Source of the DNA: a virus
Taxonomy: Duplodnaviria; Caudoviricetes
Strand: one strand, 5' to 3'
IMG/VR virus record: IMGVR_UViG_3300017650_000219
Coordinates: 1-28,908 of that record
Length of the DNA stretch: 28,908 nt
Part shown: positions 17,566 to 25,135 of the stretch, in pieces
Numbering within the stretch: position 1 is the stretch's first letter
Layout of the letters: each line of letters starts with the position of its first letter
Translations under genes and position numbers: made by a program
The notes under the pieces: generated by a model
The model's input: the letters and a program-made list of their open reading frames with translations, nothing else
Database searches by the model: none
What the model was told of the DNA's origin: nothing

Positions 17566-17937
17566 ATGAAGTACGGGTTGCTACACGTCGCGCTGTTTAT
17601 CGCGCTGGCTGCGCTCACAGCATGCGAAACCAAACAGATCGCAGAGATGAACTACAGCGAGCGAAAGGCTCTTGCAGACCAACTCGTTCAACGATGTATC
17701 GACCAAGGTGTGCCAGTCACCAGTCCACAATTTCAGATATGCACGAGTGCGGAGGCTCAAGCCGAGAATGCTAAACGGCAGAGGAACTTGAGACAAGCCC
17801 AGCGGGCACAAGCATCGATGGCACGTGGTTTCCAAAATGCATCTAACTCATACAGCCAGGCAGCAGCGATGAACCGGACCGTCACATGTCAAAGTGTGCC
17901 AGCACCAGCCGGAATGGCTACTGTTAGATGTTACTGA
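17566..17937 (+). CDS. Lipoprotein (moron, 123 aa from MKYGLL)
   Basis: Lipobox LTAC after a hydrophobic signal, GGGGAG RBS, and four further Cys. Confidence 0.75.
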   Translation: MKYGLLHVALFIALAALTACETKQIAEMNYSERKALADQLVQRCIDQGVPVTSPQFQICTSAEAQAENAKRQRNLRQAQRAQASMARGFQNASNSYSQAAAMNRTVTCQSVPAPAGMATVRCY

Positions 17938-17958
17938 ACTGCAAGAAACACCGTTGAC

Positions 17959-18468
17959 ATGAACAAGCGATCCACGACTGAGTACCTACCTTGGTACAGA
18001 CGGCCGGATTACAACGGCAAAATGTCGGAGTCTGAAAAGCGCAAGCTTGACCGTATTCGTGACCAAGATGTCCATCCCGCCTTCAAATATGAAAACCTTC
18101 CTTCGGAGGTTCAGACGTACATATCCCGCTTAAGGGTGGAAAACTACGATCACAAGCAAAATAGCGCAGCATCGATGATGATGGTAGGCGTCCTGTTTGG
18201 GTCGTCCATTCTCCTCAGCGCATATTTTGGTTTCAATGTCACACCAGCTACGTCTATTTGGCGGTATCTGGTCGGGGTCGGCATCATCGTTGCTTGTATC
18301 GTTTTTTTTCGCAGAGAGTGGAGTAGAAATGCTGATGCATTTCTGCCTAAAGACGACGAAGCTCCCTCGTCGGTGAATGAGCAACTCAAGCAAGAATGGG
18401 AACTCGACTACCTAGTTAGGATTCGTCGAGCTGAGGAAGCAAACCCTACGGACTTCTCAAAGACGTAG
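17959..18468 (+). CDS. Two-pass membrane protein (moron, 169 aa)
   Basis: Two hydrophobic helices (MMVGVLFGSSILLSAYFGF; YLVGVGIIVACIVFF). Confidence 0.7.
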   Translation: MNKRSTTEYLPWYRRPDYNGKMSESEKRKLDRIRDQDVHPAFKYENLPSEVQTYISRLRVENYDHKQNSAASMMMVGVLFGSSILLSAYFGFNVTPATSIWRYLVGVGIIVACIVFFRREWSRNADAFLPKDDEAPSSVNEQLKQEWELDYLVRIRRAEEANPTDFSKT

Positions 18469-18499
18469 TCGGGAAAGCGCTCATTGAGATGCCATTTAC

Positions 18500-19351
18500 T
18501 CAGCTAGAGAATGGACCAGATCCGATCTCGAACAATGGTCTACCGAGGAATACCTCCTCTTCAATTATGATACCATTCAGCAACTGAGACGACGACTCCC
18601 AAGGAACTGCTATAACTGTTAGGCGATTATCGCCTGAACCAACCCACATATCCTTCAGCTGAATTTCCCTATTACGCTCGATAGGCATCCTGGATATGTG
18701 GGCGATAAGCCCATCGAGGCAAAACCTGAAAAACGGCTCCTCGTAGTCCATGCCGCTACCTGTTAGGTCAGGGACCAATTTCGTCTGAGCTATTGGTGCA
18801 TGATTATGACGGACGCCAAGGGTAGATAGCTGGGTTAGTGAAACAGGATAAAACTCAAGCGGCTCTGGGTTGCCGTCTCTGACCATGATACGAAGTCGTT
18901 CAAGGTCTTCCTCCGGCATCACTACCTCCTCGAACTCCGGACGACTTGTAGCAGCTGCCCGCCATAGAAGACTGAGAAAGAACAACCGTAGCTGTCTCCA
19001 CTCCTGGTCGACAAGCGTCCGCAAGCCCCACCCGTTTTTCATTGTTTCGCAGTCGGGTAGCTTGAGACGAGGCCCCCACCCGCTCCATACCAGCGAATGA
19101 CGCCGCAATATTGCGATGGCAGCATCGTCATACCTCGCTAAGATATCCTCACCGTCTCGAATGACCAAGGCGGGATCGTACCAGCTGCTTTTTCGTTTCT
19201 GTATCTTTCCATAACCTATCTGGAGCAGACCGGGACCAAGGCCGTCAGCCTTTGTAAGTGCCTTTGGTAATAGGTGCGAATCGACGAAAACTCCGTGCTT
19301 CTGGGTCAATTTACATAGACCGGTCCGGTCTCGAACTTTCTTCTTTGCCAT
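18500..19351 (-). CDS. HNH-like nuclease family protein with degenerate Zn ligands (283 aa from MAKKKV)
   Basis: CKLT...SHLLPKAL, GEDILARYDD and LRLFFLSLLWRAA resemble the CxxC..SHIIP..CxxCE..LSxLWRA family. AGGTGGGG RBS. Confidence 0.55.
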   Translation of the reverse strand: MAKKKVRDRTGLCKLTQKHGVFVDSHLLPKALTKADGLGPGLLQIGYGKIQKRKSSWYDPALVIRDGEDILARYDDAAIAILRRHSLVWSGWGPRLKLPDCETMKNGWGLRTLVDQEWRQLRLFFLSLLWRAAATSRPEFEEVVMPEEDLERLRIMVRDGNPEPLEFYPVSLTQLSTLGVRHNHAPIAQTKLVPDLTGSGMDYEEPFFRFCLDGLIAHISRMPIERNREIQLKDMWVGSGDNRLTVIAVPWESSSQLLNGIIIEEEVFLGRPLFEIGSGPFSS

Positions 19352-19421
19352 TCCCCACCTTAGATGATGCATCTCAGCCTAAGAAGAAGATCGTATATGG
19401 AAGTACCCCTTGCAAGCGCCG

Positions 19422-20204
19422 TCAGCGTCCACCCTTTCTGATCTGCCGATTCAACTCGTGCGCAAACGACGCCTGATTAGCCCTCAGACTGAGCGCCTTC
19501 GATATCTGCTTCTGATAGAGAAAACGCGGCTTATATCGAGCGCGATCAGCCACACTCAGCAGCGGCTTCAGTTTCTCCATTGGTCGAACGGACATCACAC
19601 CAGGAATTCTCCTGCGAGCTGCTTTCGATCTCTTCGGCCGCTGCCAGTATCCGAGCGATCCACCGACGTCCCCGAAGAAAATGCCCGGCCGATTTCGGAC
19701 CGCTCTGAAATAAGCAAACGGTGACGTCGGTTCGCCAGAAGCCCTCGCCGCGTTTCGTTTTGACCGCATCTCTGCACGCTTTGAGCGTTCCTCGCGGAGC
19801 TGTTTCGTGAGCTGCTTTTGGTAGCCCCAACGGATGTTGCCAGCTCGGTTAGTCTTCGAGCCGAAAACGAACAGACCGTGTCTGGCTGAACCCGCATCGC
19901 CCGTCTTTCGAACGCCGCCGTCGATTTGATATTGCAGGTATGCAGCCTGCGCTGGTTGAGCGCGGACCTCGGAAAACATCGACGTCGTGTTAGCGTTCGG
20001 CTTCGCTTTCTCGACACGCCAAGCCCGTTCCGTGAATTTGACGTGGCCGTCAAAGGCCTGGGCGGTGTGGTCTTTAAGAGCTTTCTGAGCCTCGAACGCG
20101 ATCCCGTTCAGAAAGCCTGCGGCCGCCTTTGGCATGACGTCACGCTGGATGCTGGTAAGGGTTTTTCGTAATGCCCGTTCGTCGAAATGGAAGTCAAACC
20201 TCAT
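19422..20204 (-). CDS. Basic phage protein typical of the position upstream of terS (possibly a gpZ-like tail completion protein)
   Basis: AF+GHVKFT..., AYLQYQIDGGVRK and RYKPRF motifs. Very Arg/Lys-rich. No gpZ-like gene lies between the FII and U genes. Confidence 0.55.
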   Translation of the reverse strand: MRFDFHFDERALRKTLTSIQRDVMPKAAAGFLNGIAFEAQKALKDHTAQAFDGHVKFTERAWRVEKAKPNANTTSMFSEVRAQPAQAAYLQYQIDGGVRKTGDAGSARHGLFVFGSKTNRAGNIRWGYQKQLTKQLREERSKRAEMRSKRNAARASGEPTSPFAYFRAVRNRPGIFFGDVGGSLGYWQRPKRSKAARRRIPGVMSVRPMEKLKPLLSVADRARYKPRFLYQKQISKALSLRANQASFAHELNRQIRKGGR

Positions 20205-20218
20205 AGCAACTCTCACTT

Positions 20219-20261
20219 AAAAAAATGCCTGCGAAGAGAAACCCTAAAACTCTTCGCAGGC
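20219..20261 (-). terminator. Intrinsic terminator directly upstream of the gpZ-like gene
   Basis: 12-bp perfect stem GCCTGCGAAGAG/CTCTTCGCAGGC (20227-20238/20250-20261) followed on the minus strand by ATTTTTTT. Confidence 0.8.
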
Positions 20262-20317
20262 GGACTTAAAAAAACAACAACAAGGAAAGGAAGGAAAACT
20301 CATTGCTGTATGGATAT

Positions 20318-20346
20318 AAGATGACGTAGCTAGATGCATGTTTCAA
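20318..20346 (-). promoter_or_regulatory. Candidate sigma70-type promoter TTGAAA-N17-CATCTT
   Basis: 17-nt spacing with an AT-rich upstream tract. Would give a ~90-nt RNA ending at the terminator. Confidence 0.4.
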
Positions 20347-20364
20347 ATGTTTTTTTGATAATTA

Positions 20365-21033
20365 TCAAATCCGAGATTCGAGATAAGACACTCGATTCTT
20401 CAGCGAGTTTATTTCGCTGCGCAGGGTCACAAGCAGGTCCAGCAAATTCTTATTGTCAGAAGATAGCTCCGACCCATGCACCTGTTGCATTCGATTGAAG
20501 CGCGTTGACTCTGAACCGAAGACTTTCGCGAACAGGCCGCGCCCGCCAGACGACGACTGGCAGTACGTAGCTGCTTCTGGAGAGCTGAAGATGGATTCCG
20601 AAAGAGATCGCTTTGTCGTGTCGGCGAAATAATTCTCATATCCTCCGGCAAAAATCGCCCCGGCAAGAGATCTCGTGTTCGGATAAGCAGCGTCGAAGCT
20701 GAAATACCCGCCGTAGCCCGCCAAGGTCTGGCTGAAAAAGCTCACCCGGTTGCACGATGTGTAGTTGGTCGGATTGTGGTGATATGAGCCGAACACGGAC
20801 CCAGCGAGCGACTTACTCGTGTTGATGTCGAAATAGTAGACCTCGTCGACGATGTTTCCTGGCATCACTGCAGATGTGCCAGCATCAAGCATCATAGCGC
20901 GGATGAGCCGTTGCATGTCGACGTCGCTTCCACCACCTCCTCCTCCACCCTCGCCCTCGGGTAGTGCGTCGACTTTCTGTTCGAGGTTGTTCAAACGTGT
21001 CGCTAGGCTGGCAATATGTGCTGATTTTTGCAT
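20365..21033 (-). CDS. Fibre-like repeat protein with terminal coiled coils (222 aa)
   Basis: N- and C-terminal heptads (LATRLNNLEQKV; INSLKNRVSYLE), a Gly7 linker, and repeats of the form (K/R)SLAGxxFG. Confidence 0.65.
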   Translation of the reverse strand: MQKSAHIASLATRLNNLEQKVDALPEGEGGGGGGGSDVDMQRLIRAMMLDAGTSAVMPGNIVDEVYYFDINTSKSLAGSVFGSYHHNPTNYTSCNRVSFFSQTLAGYGGYFSFDAAYPNTRSLAGAIFAGGYENYFADTTKRSLSESIFSSPEAATYCQSSSGGRGLFAKVFGSESTRFNRMQQVHGSELSSDNKNLLDLLVTLRSEINSLKNRVSYLESRI

Positions 21034-21168
21034 GGCTTAAATCTCCCGCAGTATGTGCACTAGGAGATGCGGGAAACCTGCAAGAAACTACCGCCAGAGA
21101 CGATCCAGCGTCTCTTCGAGAAACGCCAGATTTTTGATTCTAGGATTGGGAGTAATGGGGGGAGCAGC

Positions 21169-21543
21169 TCAGTGAGCCGTTTTGATACGCTTATCCAACC
21201 GTCCAACACGAATGAACTCGGCGATCTCTGGACGGCTTAAAGAAGAAACCCGGCGATGCAGAACCTTTTTAGCAGCATCTGCATCGTATCCCGCATCGAT
21301 TAGCAAATCTAAAGTAGCCCTCAGGAGCATTTGCACCACGGTTTTATGCGCTTCGAGCCTCTCTTCCGACACGTAGCTCATAAAAGCCACAAGTGCTTGA
21401 GAAAGGGCCGTATCTACACGATCCGCTTCCGGCTCGCGCCGCTGGCGTAGTTTGATGCGGTACTGGGCTTGGCGTGCCGCCTTGGCTTGTCCCACATCCG
21501 TCATGTTTATTGGTCTCGGCATTGTCATCTCCAACTTCATCAT
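21169..21543 (-). CDS. Hypothetical basic helical protein divergent from rep (124 aa)
   Basis: AAGGAAGGAG upstream, Arg-rich N-terminal helix (AARQAQYRIKLRQRR). The start could be one of several Met codons. Confidence 0.65.
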   Translation of the reverse strand: MMKLEMTMPRPINMTDVGQAKAARQAQYRIKLRQRREPEADRVDTALSQALVAFMSYVSEERLEAHKTVVQMLLRATLDLLIDAGYDADAAKKVLHRRVSSLSRPEIAEFIRVGRLDKRIKTAH

Positions 21544-21650
21544 CTCTCGCTCCTTCCTTTGTCTCTACGAGATACGAGAAGAGTGCAGTTGGAGCTTGCA
21601 AGTGACAAAAGGCAGATCAAATCCGCCGACGGCACTGCGTCGCTAATCAC

Positions 21651-22605
21651 ACGCACTACGCTCCAGACCCAAACACGACCAAGTCCTTTTCCCGCGAAGC
21701 GGCACGGCAAAAACTGAATCGATAATCCAACAAAACCGACTTCGATCTTGTCTATTTAGAATCGGGAAAAACCCGCTCGCGGAAAACCGTCCCAAACCGT
21801 TACACAGCCTTGGCTCGTAAACTTTGTTCTTATGACACAAATCCCAACCCCCCGTCTCTACGAGATAATTGGAAGGACCTCTCGCAACGTCCTGCGAGAC
21901 GTACAACGACACCATCCGTGCAACGGCTCATCACCAGCACTGATCCGCTTTTAGCTATTCCGAGCATTTGCCGTGCGGTTTAAGGCCTTTCATCCCTCCG
22001 GCCTTACTCCAGTGCCACCACCTTGAAACGCGCCCGTTAAACTGCTGCTCCTGTGCGCCTCTCACGAAGTGCACTGTTTGGTACATGGCAGTGTCTACTG
22101 ATCCACCGTGCGAAACGCACTACGCTCCAGAACTATACTCGACCAGTCCCTTCCACTGCGAAGCAGCACGGTAAAAATTGAATCAATAATCCGAAAAATT
22201 CGACCTCAAACTAGTCTATTTAGAATCGGGAAAATGCGACCTGCGGGAAACCTCCGCAAACCGTTGTTTCATCCAATCCCGTCCACTTTGTTTTTATGAC
22301 ACAAATCCCAAACCACCGTCTCTACGAGATAATTGGAAGGACCTCTACGAGACCAACGGACTGACCGACAATCGCGTGAGCCGTGCAACGCTCATCAAAT
22401 CCGCCACGGCTCATCACTCTGCTCGACCCAGTCCTAGTGCGGAGCACCCCCTGCGGAGCAGGCACGGCTGGTCTAAACCAAAGGAAAGAAAATCGACCGC
22501 CAAAATCTTCTATTTAGAATCGTCAAAATCCCGCTCGGGGAAAACCGCTGCAAACCGTTGCACAGCCTAGGCTCGTCAACATTGTTTTTATGACACAAAT
22601 CCCAA
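21651..22605. repeat. Three degenerate long direct repeats (21651-21882, 22115-22346, partial ~22470-22605)
   Basis: Invariant blocks TCTATTTAGAATCG (21751, 22215, 22509) and TTATGACACAAATCCCAA (21830, 22294, 22588), exactly 79 bp apart in all three copies. A 31-bp identical block lies at 21852 and 22316. Confidence 0.95.
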
Positions 22606-22610
22606 AACCG

Positions 22611-22775
22611 ATTTACATGACATACCCCGAAATCGTGTCATCTGAACGTCTATATGACGCAGTCTACGACGACGTCATATAAACACCCTCGCCTCTAAAT
22701 GACACACTTCCCATCCGTGTCATCTAAACACCCATCTGTCCAAATGACACGTTCTGGAACGGCGTCATCTAAACA
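22611..22775. repeat. Four tandem palindromic sites ATGAC-N15-GTCAT (candidate Rep-binding iterons/operators)
   Basis: ATGAC at 22617, 22654, 22699 and 22744, with GTCAT at 22637, 22674, 22719 and 22764. Right arms extend to GTCAT(C/A)T(A/G)AAC. Confidence 0.9.
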
Positions 22776-22776
22776 G

Positions 22777-22810
22777 CTTGACTTATTTTCCGCCGACGAA
22801 TCACACTTAG
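22777..22810 (+). promoter_or_regulatory. Candidate rep promoter
   Basis: CTTGAC -35 at 22777-22782 abuts the fourth palindrome. The -10 is uncertain (CACACT/TAGTTA region). Confidence 0.5.
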
Positions 22811-22834
22811 TTATTAACCCTGAGACGACCGATT

Positions 22835-24622
22835 ATGAAAAAACTCATTCAGCCCGCCAACCGGGGCTCCATCACGAAAGCCATTGCAGAAAACTCGCTT
22901 TCCAGGATCGCTCCTGAGAGTCCCCGACCCTTAGAGATGCTCGACAGCGTGGAAATTACCTCGTCAGACATCCTCACTGCAGATGACGCCGCCCTCCACG
23001 AGCTTTTAGTTTCGGCAGCTTACGAGGCCGACAAAGACATGGCGTCGGAATTCACGTCTCTACCCGTCTCTACGGCGCTAAAATTCCTCGGCGAGCATGC
23101 ACGAAGAGACGCGTTGAAGACCTCGATGAGACGCCTGATGTCTACGACCGTCAGCTATGGCACCAAAAAGACGCGCCGTTTTGAAGATGTCCCTCTTATA
23201 TTTAGCTACCTGGAAACAAACGAGAGCGAAGACGTCATCCGCTACTCGCTCCCCGAGCCGATCCGCATTCTGATGCGTTCGATGCCAGCTTATGCGTATC
23301 TTGAACTCGCCCCCCTGTCGCAGATGAAATCCAAGTACTCTGTGCGGCTGTACCGGATTTTTGCAGCTGCGGCTGCGCGCCAGAAGTGGACACCTGACGG
23401 AGAGAACAAGGTTGTCGTATCGGCGTCTCTTGAGGACCTCTATCGGTGGACGGGCTTCCCGCTCGACACCGGGAAGATGAACTTCGGGAAATTCCGCCAG
23501 CGAGTTCTGAACAAACTCGTCTACGAACTGGCGACCGTCCGCCGCTTCAATATCAGCGTAGAAGAAATCAGAAAGGAAGCTCGTGGACGCCCGCTTGAAC
23601 GCGTGGATTTCCATGTAATCCTGCGCGCGCCTAGCCATCATCTCACACGCGTATCGTTTAACAAACGCACTCACAGGTTGTTAGGTGTCGGCGGCGTGGA
23701 TGCGCCAGAATTTCGCGTCAACAGTTACGTTTGGCAGCGTGCACAGCGCGCTTTCAGCGGATTCAGCCAAGATATGAACATTTCGTATTTTGGAGCTTGG
23801 CAGATAGCTCTGAAAGAAGCGCTTGATGACGATCCGATCACGCCCGAATGCAACTATCGATTCTTTCGCGGCAAACGCCTTTTGAAAGCAATTGAGGATT
23901 TTGGAGCTGACGAGGCTGCGTTTCAATTCTGTGCTGAAGAAGTGCAGGCTCCTGATCTCTTATCGAATGAAGTCAAAAGCTTTTTCTCGGAAGAAGCTGC
24001 CGTCGCGTCAGAAGCACGCATAAAGCGCATCGTTCCCAAGCCGCCAAAGAAGGAAAAGCTCAGTAGCCAGGCTCGCGGACAGGACCTTTCAAAAACGGAA
24101 GTTGCATCCACCGTCCCGACCTCTAATGACGATGAAGGTACGACGTCAAGCGTCGGAATGCAGCTTTTCGAAGAGCTACTAGCTGAAGAAGATCAAAAGT
24201 TCGAACGCGCTAAGCCTTCCGAGCCGACGCCCCCTGTTGAACAGGAAGAAGAAGCCGTCGCTCCGAGCATCGATGATATAACGGCCAAGATGCTCGCAGA
24301 GCTTCTAGAAGACGAGGCTCCTGAAGAGACCGACGCGATGCCCGATCTATCCAACATCCGAGAGATTATCTGGACGGCCGACCACGAACTTAGCTACGAA
24401 GAGGTGGATGAGCGCGTTTTCCCAGTCATCCAGAACATTATCTACACCGGAGAGCACAAAATTGAGCTAACCGTCCGCTGCTGGATAGATGGTCTGGTAG
24501 AAGAATTCACATTCGGTCAACGCGACGTCTCCCCTGAAGACATCGCCTACATCACGGATACGCTTTCCGCCGCCCGACTATTAGATGACGATATGAATGA
24601 ACCCGATTTCATTGCAGCATAA
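22835..24622 (+). CDS. Plasmid replication initiator, Rep_3 (RepB-like) family, with a long acidic C-terminal extension (595 aa)
   Basis: YAYLEL..LSQMKSKYSVRLY, SLEDLYRWTG, NFGKFRQRVL and RGRPLERVDF match the Rep_3 winged-helix signatures. Confidence 0.85.
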   Translation: MKKLIQPANRGSITKAIAENSLSRIAPESPRPLEMLDSVEITSSDILTADDAALHELLVSAAYEADKDMASEFTSLPVSTALKFLGEHARRDALKTSMRRLMSTTVSYGTKKTRRFEDVPLIFSYLETNESEDVIRYSLPEPIRILMRSMPAYAYLELAPLSQMKSKYSVRLYRIFAAAAARQKWTPDGENKVVVSASLEDLYRWTGFPLDTGKMNFGKFRQRVLNKLVYELATVRRFNISVEEIRKEARGRPLERVDFHVILRAPSHHLTRVSFNKRTHRLLGVGGVDAPEFRVNSYVWQRAQRAFSGFSQDMNISYFGAWQIALKEALDDDPITPECNYRFFRGKRLLKAIEDFGADEAAFQFCAEEVQAPDLLSNEVKSFFSEEAAVASEARIKRIVPKPPKKEKLSSQARGQDLSKTEVASTVPTSNDDEGTTSSVGMQLFEELLAEEDQKFERAKPSEPTPPVEQEEEAVAPSIDDITAKMLAELLEDEAPEETDAMPDLSNIREIIWTADHELSYEEVDERVFPVIQNIIYTGEHKIELTVRCWIDGLVEEFTFGQRDVSPEDIAYITDTLSAARLLDDDMNEPDFIAA

Positions 24623-24634
24623 GGAAATTTCAGA

Positions 24635-25135
24635 ATGGCTGTTTTACCACCTAAGTTTTTGAGGAAGCCCACGGAAGCAAAGGCTCCTGCACAAAAGAGC
24701 TATCCAAAGCACATCGTCGAAAAAGCCCTTGTTTTCGAAGTGTTAGGACCCGTGATGCCAAACGACGAGCGCTTCTACAAATCGACAATTGATCTGGTAC
24801 TATCTCAACATCCGAATGCGACCGGTGAACTTCTGCAGATCGTACTGTGGTCCCGATATAAAAATGCATTCGGCTGGCCAACGGGGATATTCGTGCCGAA
24901 CGACCCTGATCTTATCCTTGATCTCTTCCGGAAGATGCGCCTTAGGAACAAAGATGATAAAGACCCTGCCGCTTGGAAAATCCTCCACGATTTCAACATT
25001 ATAGACGAGATCGAAAAACGGAGCATAAAGCCAAAGCGGAAGCCTAGACCCTCGGTAGTGAAGAAAGAGACCTCGCGGCCTACTATCGATGCGGCAACCG
25101 TGCCAGAGCAATTGAGTGTTGTAGGGACGTCCTGA
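24635..25135 (+). CDS. Hypothetical protein co-transcribed with rep (166 aa)
   Basis: AAGGA RBS, 12 nt after the rep stop. Basic termini. Confidence 0.65.
   Translation: MAVLPPKFLRKPTEAKAPAQKSYPKHIVEKALVFEVLGPVMPNDERFYKSTIDLVLSQHPNATGELLQIVLWSRYKNAFGWPTGIFVPNDPDLILDLFRKMRLRNKDDKDPAAWKILHDFNIIDEIEKRSIKPKRKPRPSVVKKETSRPTIDAATVPEQLSVVGTS

Noticed and set aside
17207-18468. Holin/spanin lysis cassette
   Set aside because: The genes are antisense to the late genes, and no endolysin motif is present.
21651-22775. CRISPR array interpretation of the repeats
   Set aside because: The long units have homologous rather than unique spacers and irregular periods. The short palindromes have 15-nt spacers and 37-45-bp periods. 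No cas genes are present.
21643-22917. Short ORFs across the repeat region (21643-21915, 21968-22174, 22108-22299, 22376-22570, 22699-22917)
   Set aside because: No RBS, no reading frame conserved between repeat copies, and the composition is non-coding.
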